Below, piece by piece: positions 27,190-40,970 of a stretch of DNA of 64,000 nucleotides. The notes beneath the pieces were generated by a model. It did not search any database and had not been told where the DNA came from. It saw nothing but the letters and a program-made list of their open reading frames with translations. The DNA is from Eledone cirrhosa (Eukaryota). The stretch lies in assembly GCA_964016885.1 (NCBI GenBank), contig OZ024742.1:50220001-50284000 (forward strand). Reading direction: 5' to 3'. Numbering within the stretch: the first letter of the stretch is position 1; every line of letters begins with the position of its first letter. The translations under genes were made by a program, and so were the position numbers.

Positions 27190-28110
27190 GCAGAGTTGAG
27201 GAACGCATCGTTCAGGATAAAACCAACTTTTCCCCGGATAATTCAGATTGACTGAATGCACTACCAGTGTCTGCTAGGCATGCTTCTGTTCCGTTGATTG
27301 CAGTATGTCCATCCAATTGCAATGACGAGCACATACACAAACTGCTGGAAACCGACCGACGCTAATTATCACGTAAACTCTCTGAAGTGTTTGGTGCATT
27401 GAAGTCAACCATCCTTCCTCACGAGCATTCAAAGGGAAGGCGAACAAGATGGCACAAAGGGTCCACCATAATCTGACTGACCGTAATAGTGAATGTCAGG
27501 CGACAGCTGTGAACTTCTCTGCTCTCCTACCATCGCACAATCGACTGCTTATGCTTCATTGTCACTGGTGATAAAAAATGATGTCTCTATATTAATAGCA
27601 AGTCCAAGCGATCGCGATCGTGGGTTGAGAAAAAGAGTGCGCCAAAATGGCAAGCAATGGCTGGCCTCCATCTTACTAAACCCCTACTAAGCATCAAGTG
27701 GGACTGGAAAATTGTAATCCACTATGAGTTGCCCCCACAAGCATACACTTTGACGTCTATAGCTAATAACTTGAAAGATTAATGGTGAAATTGGTACAGA
27801 TAAACCCACACAATGATTCTGTTCCATTCCTTCATGAAAACGCATGAATGATGAACCTGCGGGAGTTAGGTTGGCAGGTTCTGCTACACTCACCGTATTT
27901 GCCCGATTTGTGCCTACAGACTATTATGTTTTATTTATTTATTATTTGTTTTTGCAATGAGCAATGCAATACTGTGAAAGACGAGTTAACTCAGTTGCTG
28001 ACGGTATTTTTTGCCTCGAATCCAGTAGAATTCTACAGGGATTGAATCATCTGCCTTTCTAAACGATAACATACAGTAATCACAAATGATGGCGATTATT
28101 TTTAATTGTA
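27190..28110 (+). pseudogene. Tc1/mariner transposase remnant
   Basis: Broken frames give VHHNLTDRN, IVTGDKK, WDWKIVIHYELP, LGWQVLLHSPYLPDL (HPPYSPDL-like) and FFASNPVEFYRD. Confidence 0.85.
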
Positions 28111-28170
28111 TATCATTCTTAATATTTAAAAAAACGCTAAATCAATAACAAAAACGCCGAGATATATAAC

Positions 28171-28203
<33 letters not shown>

Positions 28204-28339
28204 TATATATATATCTGTCTATCTCTTTATCTACCGGTAAGATTTTTTGTAAATCGCCGGTAAGATTTTTTGTAAATTTATATACGAAAAACAGAACAAA
28301 TTGTTTGAAAAAAACATATCATTTTGTAGATTAACCCCA

Positions 28340-29330
28340 AGCTTAATTGTCAGCTGGGTGGTAATCCCATTTTTCACCCCTTTAGCAGTGAAAATTTAAT
28401 TTAAAATTGTTTTAAAAAATCAAATTTTGCCAACTATAAAACATGAATAACACGAACAGAACGCTAGAGAACGTTGACAGAGAGGAGAGAAGGAAAGAAG
28501 CAGATATTAACGTTATATCTGCTTCTGCTACTATGGACGTCGCCATAGATACGACTGTCAACAAAGAGACAAAATTACCACTTGAAGATTTTAAAATTTC
28601 TACCGTCGAAACGGAGAAAAAAAACAATAACACACAGGAAAACACACCTATTAACATACATACACATGAAAAAGACAACATCAAAAACTCCACAGATACA
28701 TCTACACATAAAGAGTCACCTCGTCAATAAATTGAGATTTCGAACACCGAGGGTAACAAAGATAACAACAACAGCATCAACAACAGCAACACCACACAAA
28801 AAAAATGCCTTTCGCTTAAACAGTGAACAAAAAACAAGATTTTATAAATCTTGACATCTCCAATGCAAGAGATATGCTACAGCAAGGGAGGATATGTGTA
28901 ACTTTCGAAGACAAGGGTGGGTTTAGAATTAACTCAACTCTCGAAATAAAAGAAGAGACAGTTTGAAGGACAGTGACTTTCAGGACTGTATCCAATACAC
29001 CGAGAAATACACCGAGAAAGCCGTTAGTCAAGGAGATATAGAAGCCAACTTGAAGGAAATTCTAGCAAATATTGACTTTCTCCAACGAAGAAAACAGTAC
29101 GGAAGTGTTTCCGTACTGTTTAAAAGCGAGGCACTCGCCCAAAACATTCTGTGACACCAATGGTGTCAAAAGCATTCACCTTTTTCCCTACATACATGGG
29201 AAAAAGGACACAAAAAATAAGAAATAAAAATACACCACCAAACATTAATATCTGGTGGATCTTGGCTGGCTTCCTTATTCCTTCTTTGACTACGTGCCAG
29301 TAAACAATATCCAATTAGACGGGATGACTG
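28340..29330 (+). mobile_element. Tx1-like LINE 5' region / ORF1 remnant
   Basis: Low-complexity N-terminus, LDISN motif shared with 40930-40960 and 46620-46645, then IDFLQRRKQYGSVSVLFKSE and FTFFPTYMGKRTQKI (RRM-like ORF1). Confidence 0.55.
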
Positions 29331-30389
29331 ACGACCATCGCTCGCCTAAAGTGGATATTATTTAACCATAAGTTGACAATTGATCCTTCGGTACAGTTTA
29401 TATTTAGGAAACTATTCAACAGTGTAAACTTTCCTTGCTTTTCTCATATATATATATATATTTAACTATAACACGTTTCGAACCTTATTATATAAAATTA
29501 TAACTGTTATCATTTACCTAAAGTATACTGTATCAATAATACATAATTTATATCAATAATACCTAATTTATATCCATTTAAACCTCCATATATCATTCTA
29601 TACATAATTTTTAGTTAAATTTATTGATTATCATTTATTTTGAACTATGAATAATCAATGCATCTTGACCCTTTTATATATACGTATATATTTTACTTTA
29701 GCATGCCTAAATCTATTATCATATTTTTATTTTTATTTTCGTTATCATTTACCTAAAATATACAGGCTCATTAACATATATACATAATGTGTATATATAC
29801 ATAATAGCTATTTAAATATTTCTAACAATAAATACTTCATAAGATTTACATACTATATATGTTGACAATGAATATCTCCGGTAAAAGTTACATTTAGAAA
29901 AATATTCGACAGTGTAAACTTTAATTTCCGCTGGCCAGCTAAATCCTTTAAAAGTTATCATCATAACATTCTGAAGTTTAGAAATGTTAAAACACTTATT
30001 GAATTTACAAAACTAATAAATAACCTGCAATTTTTTTTTAAACCTAAAATCTTGACTCTTCACCCTAAATAAGCGTAAATTATATATTTTCAAACTTAAC
30101 CGTTTAACTTTCGGAAAATCTCCTTCTACATATATTCCCTCTCTCTATATATATTACCTCAGCGGCTCTCATTCAGCGCTTTCCCTGGTAAATTGTAGTA
30201 TCATACATTTTAAAATCTCTATAACTGTTACATTAAGCAACGTTTTTCTTACACATTCTCTATTGAATTTATTACGTTTTCGGATTTTCTCATTATTAGG
30301 GTATAAATGTTAAACATTCTCTTAGGTTAATCACTACCTTGATTAAATCTTAACCATTTAACATCTCAAGGTATGTCATATATCATTAT

Positions 30390-30440
30390 ATTTTGTCTGA
30401 TGATGAGGTACTATTGTACATCCAAAATATGTATAATAAA
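30390..30440 (+). ncRNA. Degenerate hammerhead motif at the end of an AT-rich PLE-tail-like segment
   Basis: CTGATGA-t-GAgGTAC(tatt)GTACaTC-cAAA. GAAA is mutated to CAAA. Confidence 0.4.
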
Positions 30441-30581
30441 ATGTAATTGATAAAAAGAACATCTATTTTATTAATATTTGTATTTTAATATTAATAACTC
30501 TGGAAAATTATTTCACATAGAGTGCTTCCAATGTACTGTAAAACTCATTCTTTGATATACTCATGGAATATTGTTTAACTC

Positions 30582-30670
<89 letters not shown>

Positions 30671-30675
30671 AATAC

Positions 30676-30760
<85 letters not shown>

Positions 30761-30853
30761 CATTTATATGTATATATATATATATATGAATATATATGGG
30801 TGTGGATGCATTCATGTATATGTGTGTGTCCGCATGTATCTGTGTGTTTCTAA

Positions 30854-30910
<57 letters not shown>

Positions 30911-32831
30911 GCGATTCTCGCTAAATCTATATTTGTATTAATCTCCTGAGTTTTACAATTAACTCGTTAATAATTTTTATTGACAGGTTAATTGCATAAG
31001 TTTATTTTAAAAACTACCCGGTCGACAGCTTATTCCATTTGTGCTATTTATGCAATTTTTTGCATGGTATACACATAACGAATTCATTTGCCAAAATCTG
31101 GAGTTTTTCCCTTGTGAATACCACATATGCTTTTACGCGGCTCTGTGTCATTCACAAATTTGGTACAGAGCAAAATACCTGTTGCTAACGTGATATTCCT
31201 TGTTCGATCATTATACCTGAAGCTTATAATTTTAAACAGACAGTATTTTGATTTAGGTGTCATTAAAACCCTGCATTTGGATTTTATCGTCAATTCCAAT
31301 GGGTTCAGGTCTGTGTTTTTTTATCATTTATTTTGTTTTGACCTGTTTAGTTGATTTGCTGTTTGGCTTAGGTTGTTGATGCTTTCGTGACCCCTATATC
31401 AGTTTTGTATGGCATCTTAACATATTGTTTAGCTCTGTTTTTTCAACTATGGAGCGCTTGCCAGCATTATTTCTGATTTTTGCGTTTCGTTTCGCCGAAA
31501 TGCGATTCTCGCTAAATCCATATCTATCTATCTATCTATCCATCTATCTATCTATAATATATATATATATATATAATATGTATATTATGTGTATATTAAT
31601 TTAGACATTTAATAATTGATGGTGATTATGAAAGCACCGATGCACACTTCTTTCTGCATGAATTTATTGCATTTACACTCAGTCACATACACACATGTAC
31701 ATTCACTAAATATCAGCTCCACATACACACTGCTACTTGAATATACATTGCAACAAAACGTATGCTAATTATGCAATTCATCTAAATAGATATTAATCAA
31801 AACCATATTTTCTGTATAGATATAAGTTCTATGTATATGAGAAATGATTGTGTCTATATGGTACTGAATGCTCCAACCATATCCTGTCAACGTCAGATCA
31901 TTCTCAATGTCTTTGATTATTGGATCATTATGTAGATATTAAGGTGATTGGTTGGCGTCAGTGTGTTGAAATTAATGAGCGGCGTTTATTAACTTCTATA
32001 TAGAAGAGTGCATAGTTAAAATGTATGACAAAGAGTTCGTATGTGTCCAATAAGAAGAGTATGGTAATCTCATCGAACCGTGATGTAGTGAAGAAATGTT
32101 CTTCTGAATAGACTGAAAGTGTGAGATGTGGGGGAAAGCAACCCATGAACTATGAGGCATATTGAGAAAATATATTGATAATTTGACTGTGATTTTTGTG
32201 AACGAAAGAAAGCAGACATCTGTATTCACAATAGCACATCTAGAAAATATTTTTCAGTCTAAAAACAATAAGAAGAATAGAAAATGGAACTACATTTGTC
32301 ATACATTGCTCATCTAGAAGCAATATAACCATTTCCATTATTATATTTGCTTAGTTATGTCGTTTTTTTAGGCGTTGCAAATAATATAAAATAAAGCTAT
32401 TTATCATATTCTGTACATCGCAGACATTCGAATTGTTAACAGATAAGTGATTGATATTCTAACTATCAACTAACCACGTAAACAGCACATTGATTTATTA
32501 CGAATATTTAAAAAAATCAGTGAAGATAAAACAACAAAAATGTACTCAATTAAAATTATTAACGCCTACATTATTGGTTCTGCGACTAAATATAAACGTG
32601 TAACATTTAAAAACGAGATGAAAATGCCTTTAAAACTGCCTTTAAAACTGAGATTCTTGAAGTAGACTAGTTAATTGACTTCAAGAGGGGATCGAAATAT
32701 ACCTTTAGTTTTATCTTGATCTTATCTCAAAATTTGTTGCCGACTAAATCATGAGTCATCGGAACCGACAGATTAAAAAATAACTCAGACGGACAGACGG
32801 AGAGACAGGCAGACATATAAACAGACACACA

Positions 32832-32890
<59 letters not shown>

Positions 32891-32951
32891 GTAGAACACT
32901 GGAAGGTAATATCCGTAGTGGTAGAGCACTCAGTCCATGGGACGAGTTAGG

Positions 32952-33146
32952 TAGAAGTGGTTACACAACAGTTAGTTCACGACACCGAGAACAATTGTTT
33001 CATCTTAGTGATCCTCAGCTCATAATGGACATGGTTATACGGTTGTCCTTCCTGTTCCGTATAACCATGTCCATTACGAGCTGAGGATCGCAAAGGTGAA
33101 ACGATTGTCACGGTATGGTGAACTAACTGTTGTGTAACCACTTCTA
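32952..33146. repeat. 195-bp hairpin element with a hammerhead motif on each strand (32987-33021 -, 33078-33112 +)
   Basis: Arms 32952-33042 / 33057-33146 with a 14-nt loop. The minus-strand motif reads GAG-CTGAGGA-TCACTAAGAT-GAAA-CAATTG-TT-CTC. Confidence 0.8.
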
Positions 33147-33244
33147 TATATATATATAGGGAATGTAAGGTACAGTATATATATATATATACACTATATA
33201 TATAGGGAATGTATGGTGCAGTATATATATATATATATATTTAT

Positions 33245-33540
33245 ATATTGTTATACTTTGGGAGGGTCATGTTTCCAGTAAGAAACATACCCACCAGAAG
33301 CTTTCACTCCAATTTATTATAAATTAAATTATAAATTAAGAACATTTATACATTTCTAGTTGGTTGGTTGGTTCCACAACCGGACGGTTGTTCATATATT
33401 GTCAAAGATATTTCGTCACACATTCTGAGACCTCTTCAGTGACTGGGGATTATTTACTTTGTTTTGTTCCTCTCATTTGTTCTGTCCTACTCCATCTTGT
33501 TTCTTATTGGCAACATGACCCTCCCAAAGTATAACAATAT
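33245..33540. mobile_element. PLE inverted-terminus element enclosing a hammerhead (33401-33443 -)
   Basis: Arms 33245-33287 / 33498-33540 (ATGACCCTCCCAAAGTATAAC). Motif GTCA-CTGAAGA-gGTC...GAC-GAAA-TATC-TT-TGAC. Confidence 0.75.
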
Positions 33541-33594
33541 CGGTTTCAACACACGTTTTCAGATAAAGAATATTGCTAAAGAAAATCAGAAACG

Positions 33595-33698
<104 letters not shown>

Positions 33699-33702
33699 AT
33701 AT

Positions 33703-33960
33703 TTGCCCAATACATCGGTCCCACACCTGAGCTATACGGTCGTTATATTGACGACTGTATCCAGGCCACGACTTTCACCCGAGAACAGCTCGACTTCTAT
33801 CTCTCTTTCCTCTGCTCCATCCATCACTCCCTCCACTTCACCACCCTCGCATTCTTCAAACCCACGGACGCCCACTCCTGCCCCGACTTCAGCTCCCCCA
33901 CCCTACATACATCAAACAGTCCATTCCCGGCCACATGCATCCCGACCACCCCATTCTCAC
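33703..33960 (+). pseudogene. Penelope RT fragment
   Basis: Translation [12 protein letters not shown]...FLCSIHHSLHFT..FFKPTDAHS. Confidence 0.75.
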
Positions 33961-34059
33961 CAAGCATGAAGCTAATAACACAATGTACCATTAAGCCCTG
34001 AGTTTGTTTTTTTGTCATTTTCAACTATATATATATATATATATATTTATATAGGGCGG

Positions 34060-34570
34060 TTAAAATTCCCTTGATCCTTAGACGAGTTCTCTCCAGGGGT
34101 GTCTGTCCTTCAGAGACCAGTGTCTGTCCTCAGGGCACCAATATATGCCATCCTTGGTTTCCTTCTTCTAATGTGTCCGTATAGAACCCCTGAGTACTGT
34201 ATCAACACTGAATGTCGGTGAGCATGTCCAGCTAACCTCAGTCTCCTCTGTGCTACTTTGGAGCTGATTTTGGGAGGCTTCAGTAAAGTACTTCATCCTC
34301 GGTGTATATTGATTAATGTTCCGATCCATTCTCAGCATTCTCGTGTAGCACTCATCCACCATCTGAGTGAGTCTCCTGGTGAGTGTCCAAGTCTCAGACC
34401 CATACATCATCACAGGCTTCACAGTAGCAACAAAGAGACGGATCTTCAGGTCTTTACGGAGGTCCGACTTCCACAACAACCCCAAACTGTGATACGCCAC
34501 CCATGCTTTGCTCTTCCTCTGCACCACATCTCCCCTGTGTTCCAAATCATTGCCCCAGATACAGGATGTT
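34060..34570 (-). mobile_element. RTE-clade LINE 3' remnant
   Basis: Translation RKSKAWVA...LWKSDL..LKIRLF..TVKPVMMYGSETWTLT...YTRMLR. Confidence 0.8.
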
Positions 34571-35236
34571 CTCAACCAACTCCATCTATATTTATAGTGG
34601 TAAAACACCAGCCGATTATATCCGTAGTAAGCAGAGCATTCAGTCTCTAGAACGATTTGATAAAATGTTAGTGCCACAACAAATTATACATGTTTGGCGG
34701 GAGTGGGGATGTCCTTCATAGATTATAGTTTTGGTTATGTAAGACACAAGGATAGAAAGGGCATTAACAATCAAAACCTTACACTTTGAAAAACATTCCC
34801 ACTGCCTCCAACCATGTTGATATGATTTTTGCGTGAGTAAGGAACAGATTATATGGACAGACAGACATATCAGAGGGAGAGAGAGACAGAGACTCAAGCG
34901 AGAGAGAATACAAATCACTCCGTATGCAAATTAAGCTAATCAGCCGATGTATACTTTAGAGGATGCTATATATTCTCGATAGTTCTAGTGGGCGATAGAA
35001 CATTGACACACAATCTTGACATAGGGCAATAACCCCAAAACAAGGTTGTACCTGTTACTCGATGATCATCTAAAAAATATAGCGCAGGGGGATATTTCCT
35101 TACAAACGAATCTATTATTATTATTATTCGATATAAAAATCACGAATACATTTACGCATCCGCTATGTTAGAGCAAAAAATCAAATTCTTATTATGTTGA
35201 TATATACACATTCATATATATATATATAATTATATT

Positions 35237-35278
<42 letters not shown>

Positions 35279-35707
35279 TATATATATATATTGGCTCTTG
35301 TGGCTGATATCTTCACGACCACCGTCTGGCCACTATAACGTATGTTAATTGCTCTGGTCTTCTTTCAGTCCATTGAGCGCTTGCTGCGTATCTCGAAGAT
35401 TGCGTTTCGCATTGTTTTTGGCCACCGCCGAAATACGATCTCGCTGAAATTATATTTGTATAAATATATATATATATATATATATATACAAATATAATTT
35501 CAATGTGTTTATATGTATACATATATATATATAAGTATATATATATATACAAATATAATTTCATTTGGTGTATATATATATATATATGTGTGTGTGTTTT
35601 CTACCTGGAGTTGCGACCGATAGATAGTATTAGCAATTGGAAAGACCAACGGAAACATAGTTTCCTCGGTCCGATTTGACGAAAGTCGATCGACTAGAAA
35701 AAAAAAA

Positions 35708-35777
<70 letters not shown>

Positions 35778-37008
35778 TCACAAGAATCAAAGCTATGTTC
35801 AAAGCATTTATTCACTTACAATTGTTTCATCCAAACCTAGGCTTGGATTCTTCGGAGCATTTTTCAATGTTTTACACATAATTGACCTCCTTTCCAACGC
35901 AAGAGACATACAGATACATATGTATATATTGATGTACAGTGGAATGACATATATTATATTATATTATTTCTGTATAGCAATTCAAATTTAAAATCAAAAT
36001 CAAAATTAAAATTAAAACAAATTTAAAACACATTCAGCAGTTAACATAGATAATGCAAGAGGATAGTTTGTTAGTCAGATGTAGTAGTTATTGTATGCGT
36101 TAGTTACACGTGTGCATGCACATGTGTCTCATTTATATATGATTATTGTGTGGCAGGGTGTTACATGTAATACAAGCAGTTTAAGCGGGTAAGTAAGAGT
36201 ATTATGGAGGTTGTAGTGGTAAGATATTTTTTGTATATAATAAAAAAGTATGTGTACAGAAAAATAAAAATAAAAAGGAGAAGCAAAAGAAAGTTATTGT
36301 TTTCGTATCCACCACCATTTTCACATTCAGGAAATGTAATATATAGTTTATACATCCAGCACATAATTAACGATGATTCCGTATTGGATGTTTGATGCAT
36401 TAAATTAAATTATTTTAGCTTTAGTTCTTTAATCCAATTGTATAGAGTAGGTTGTTTCTGCTGCGAGAATTTACATCGGTTTATTATCCGGAAGTATGTG
36501 TGTAATTAAGGGGAGGTAATGTGTAAGGGGAGGTAACTAGCTGATTTCCATAACGAAATTTATTGTTCTAACATACATTATAAGGTGTCTCAATTGAGTC
36601 CCTTATATAGACGGTTATATATTTATATTCAGTTTCCAATTTTAAATACAGTCTACTCTACCATGATGTACTAAATGTATTTATATTAGGATGATTACTC
36701 CCTATCATAGAGTGCTACAACTGAATACTCCATACAAAGAGCCATATCTTTATATAAAAGTTCTTTGCAAATGTAGTCTACTCACAGAACATGTCAGGGG
36801 ACCTATTAGAACTATGTCTACATAACCCCTGGTAAGTTCTGGAGCCACGTATGGCTGTTTGCATGTCAAAGCCAAATACATCTCTAGGGCAGACAAAAAC
36901 ATCCCTCATTTACAATGTCATTAATCTATCCATCAAGTTATACTTGCATATATATGTGAGTTATATATGCAAGTATAACTTGATGGATATATTATATAGA
37001 TATATATA

Positions 37009-37069
<61 letters not shown>

Positions 37070-37083
37070 AGTATGTATGTATA

Positions 37084-37152
<69 letters not shown>

Positions 37153-37284
37153 TTGTGTGTGTGTATATAGATGGAAACTGTGTAAGTACGTGTTGTTAAA
37201 ATATATATACACATCTAATATATGGGCATGTATACCTGCCAGAAAATAAGAATTTCCCTGTAAATTGGAAGAAATATAAACATT

Positions 37285-37326
37285 TAAAATCGATTTTCGC
37301 ATCTAATTGCACCCTCATCAGAAGCG
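37285..37326 (-). ncRNA. Hammerhead-like motif (weak helix I)
   Basis: CTGATGA-gggt-GCA(attaga)TGC-GAAA-ATCGAT-TT, with a palindromic loop III. Confidence 0.45.
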
Positions 37327-37551
37327 ATTTATATAATCCAACCAACCACTAAGAAACATATTTTTCGTAGGTATATACATACCCATTATCTCTTAGTAGT
37401 ATTCTTATATAGAGGTACTAATCGGCATATAATTAGTGATCGAATTAGTAATTAATACGACATATATTAAGAAGTGCACTAGCCACCGAGGTGTATTATA
37501 TATATATATATACATAAATACACAAACACACACACACACACACACACATAA

Positions 37552-37616
<65 letters not shown>

Positions 37617-37654
37617 AGATATGAGAAAAACCACAGACCCTCCATCTCAACTCA

Positions 37655-37692
37655 CCTTTTGAAAAGCAGAAGAACTGCGAAACCGGTAAAGG
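37655..37692 (+). ncRNA. Minimal type I hammerhead, U3-A8 variant (second copy)
   Basis: CCTT-TTGAAAA-GCAG(aagaa)CTGC-GAAA-CCGG-TA-AAGG. Confidence 0.75.
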
Positions 37693-37822
37693 AACCAAAT
37701 AAATATATATATTTTTTAAAAAATAAGACTTCAGTTGCATTTTCGATTTCATCTCTTTTTCTTTATACTTTCACTCGTGTAGGACACCTCGGTTATTTTT
37801 CATTTTGTAAAAAAAACCTCAC

Positions 37823-37935
<113 letters not shown>

Positions 37936-38031
37936 TGTGTGTGTGTATGTATGTGTGTGTGTGTGTGTATGTGTTCGTATGCATATATACAGTATATAAG
38001 GGAGAACCGTTAAACATGTTTATTTAAAACA

Positions 38032-38074
38032 GCACCTACGTACGTTTCGCTCGAAAGGGCTTCTCAAAGGCATA
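38032..38074 (-). ncRNA. Hammerhead, U3-A8 variant, in an inverted segment 5' of a Naiad fragment
   Basis: TGCCT-TTGAGAA-GCcC(tttc)GaGC-GAAA-CGTACG-TA-GGTGC. Helix I is imperfect. Confidence 0.6.
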
Positions 38075-38099
38075 ACAAACTCAAGGGCAAAAACAATTC

Positions 38100-38950
38100 T
38101 CCTACTATAAGATCAACAAAGACGATGGCCTACTACCAACGCCTCCCAACCAGCGTCTTGCTATACATAAACGTATCAGAAGGAAGCCGAGTGCACCCGA
38201 GCATAAAGCGAAAGGGACACATAACGGGCTACAGCACTATAACATGCATAAGAACGGTCATTCTGATAGTACCACCCTTAGCAAACATACAAAGACACGG
38301 AATCGCCACCGTAACGTCATATGGTTCCATCCTCTCCCTACTCTCGGAGTGTGGCCTCCGGCATACCCCGGATATTCTTGGAAGCCTTAGAGAAGAACTT
38401 CCCGCGCAACCATAAATATAGGAAAATCCTTAATAGGAACAATATAAAACTATCCTTCTCTACTACTCCTACCTAACCTAGCAGACATCATAGGAACAAC
38501 TAATCACAGTAAGATCACCAAAACACAGCAGCTTAGCACCGATACACCTAGACCTGACAATAACCATATCAGCCTTAACGACTCCCTAGCAGCACCCAAT
38601 ATTGCTGGCAACAGCCACAACAAACGCAACAAACACAACCGCGACATGACTGCGGAATATGCAGGTGACCCGCACGGGTCACCATAAGACAACAGAGGGC
38701 GCTGCAGCAAGCGGAGTGATAACGGTACTACTCCGTACCCAGTGGGATATATGGTACTGACAACAGGTATAGAGGCGTAGGTAACAACATAGATAGCAAT
38801 AATAATAACCTTACCTTGGGAACTAGAAGGGACTGAAACAGAAATTGCAACTGTCGTGACAGGGGACGCTGCCCGCTTAGAGGAAATTTCCTGACTGATA
38901 ACTTTATTTATAGGTGCACCGTAACTAGCCATAATAACGTTAAGCATTAT
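38100..38950 (+). pseudogene. Naiad-type Penelope ORF fragment (thumb/linker to start of GIY-YIG)
   Basis: Frameshifted RHRNVIWFHP...KYRKILNRNNIKLSFST...CNCRDRGRCPLRGNFLTDNFIYRCTV. Confidence 0.8.
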
Positions 38951-39513
38951 AGTTTGAAAATTAGAAATTAGAAATTATAAGCTTTCACCGTATTTTAGAC
39001 TAAAGAAATTTCTAGCCTGATAGTGGGGTTTATAACCCTCGGAGAAATGTACGGCAACACTCATCTTTTTCCATTTCTCCGAGGGTTATAAACCCCACTA
39101 TCAGGCTAGAACTTTCTTTAGTCTAAAATACGGTGAAAGCTTATACTTTCTAAATTCTTATTTTCAAACTCGCGCACCGTTTCAAAAACATACTAACATG
39201 TTTACATTTATAATTTCCTTGTTTATCATTCACTTGCTAAGTTCATAGCTTCTAATTCGAATGGAAGGAGACGGGATGTGTATTGGTGTAATGGTAGCAC
39301 ATTGGTCTGGATAAACAAAGATGTGGGTTCGACTCCCATGTACGGCAACACTCATCTTTTTCCATTTCTCCGAGGATTATAAACCCCACTATCAGGCTAG
39401 AAATTTCTTTAGTCGAAAATAGGGTGAAAACTTCTAATTTCTAATTTCTAACTTTCAAACTCGCGCAGCGTTTCAAAAACGTACTTACATGTTTACATTT
39501 ATAATTTGCTTGT
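38951..39513. repeat. Inverted plus tandem repeat unit (X' - X - spacer/tRNA - X)
   Basis: X spans 39048-39222 and 39339-39513 (period 291 bp). 38951-39049 is an inverted partial X. Confidence 0.85.
39277..39347 (+). tRNA. tRNA-like sequence (pseudo-tRNA or SINE head)
   Basis: A box TGGTGTAATGG, D stem GTGT/GCAC, anticodon stem TTGGT/AACAA (imperfect), T arm GTGGG-TTCGACT-CCCAT. The acceptor stem is imperfect. Confidence 0.6.
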
Positions 39514-40164
39514 ATATATATATATATATATATGCATGTATGTATGTGTGTATGTGTGTGTGTGGGGGGATATATGTGTGTGTGTGAAGACATAACTAGA
39601 GAAATATATATATAAAACCAGAAATATTTGTGCGGATAAACGTCTGTGTGTGTGATTTATTATTGTCTCTCACCCTGAACAAATATCATTAACTTGTCGC
39701 ATGAATTATTTCGTTGTTTTTCCACAATTTATAAAATAACAAATTCTACTTAAACCTATCAAAATTGAATCCAAAGCAACATTTTAGATTATTCACGACC
39801 TCTCCCAGCCAGCACAAAGAACCTTGCATTCCCGTCCAACGTTCTTGGCATAAAATATAAACAAGTGTAATAAAATAGTAAAATATGCACAAAGTGAATC
39901 TGAGAGACATGAGAAGTATAATAAGATAACAATGACATATTCTTTAGAAAAGCAATAAATAATACTTATTGTGCGTATAGTTGTTTTGTTTTTGTTTGTT
40001 TCTCGTGATGCATTCCAGAAGAGAATGTTTGAAAAATGTAATATATATTGGTGGGCCTTTCTCATGTAATTTTGGAGATATGTAACAGATACAACTTCAT
40101 CGTTAAACATTATTTCACGCAGGTGAAGATATCTAGAGGAACTACGAAAGTTGTATTATTAGTA

Positions 40165-40295
40165 ATCCCGTCGAGTTTAGCTTGGTTTTTCGTCCTCACG
40201 GGATCGATAAATAAAGTACCAGTAATCCACTGGAGTCGATTTAATCAACTTTCCCCTCCCACAAAATTGCTGGCCTTGAGCCTTAATCTGACGCT
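40165..40295 (+). mobile_element. 5'-truncated SINE (same family as 4894)
   Basis: GATCGATAAATAAAGTACCAG...TTGCTGGCCTTGAGCC followed by an (ATT)n tail. Confidence 0.7.
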
Positions 40296-40399
40296 ATTAT
40301 TATTATTATTATTATTGTTGTTGTTGTTAATGATGATGATGATGATGATGATGATGATACTCAGATTAACTAAACCTGTATTTGTTCACTCCCAGTAAG

Positions 40400-40970
40400 T
40401 TTTAAATGTTTGTTTGTTAAATGTTTTGTTGCAAATGGGACAAAAAACCTCCGTCTTTGCCCTGAAGTCGGGAATCTCCATAATATTTGGGCCTTGGGCC
40501 GAAATATTTGAACTTTATTTTTTTCAAATACTTTCTTTCAAAAAATATGGGCGTAAAACACCCCCTCTCTTTAAGACAGACCTTCACAAGTTGATAGGAG
40601 TGACACCACCCAGACCACAACCATAATGAACAAAGTGGTTACTATCACCACTAAGTGCTACGTCGCCAACAACAATGAAAACAACAGCAGAAGCAGCAGC
40701 AAAATGAACAACAAAAACAGAACAAACGAGAGTATCAACTGCAATAAAAACACCAACAAGAAAACAAGTGAGATAAACAACGGCAAAATAACAAGGCCAA
40801 CAACAACAGCAGTAACGATGGAAGGAAACGAGACAACAGCAAGACGACGACAGCATCACTAGTAACAACAACAACAACGTGAAGCGCAACATCAACAAGA
40901 ACACGTTCGCAACCCACGCTCCAAAATCCCGACAATTATTTCAGGTTGACATTTCTAACACCGTTATTTG
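40400..40970 (+). mobile_element. Tx1-like LINE 5' end / ORF1 start remnant
   Basis: (AAC)-rich N-terminus, then NTFATHAPKSRQLFQVDISN, which resembles KTFAESLAKETDFIEIDLSN at 46580-46645. Confidence 0.45.

Noticed and set aside
31780-32250. Protein-like minus-strand frames as a host exon
   Set aside because: No single frame stays open across the segment and no homology was recognised.
39017-39050. CTGATAG-hairpin-GGAGAAA as a hammerhead
   Set aside because: The core deviates at G8/A9 and the spacing to GAAA is wrong in all three copies.
39277-39347. Functional tRNA gene
   Set aside because: Mismatches in the acceptor and anticodon stems and the repeat context indicate a tRNA-derived sequence.
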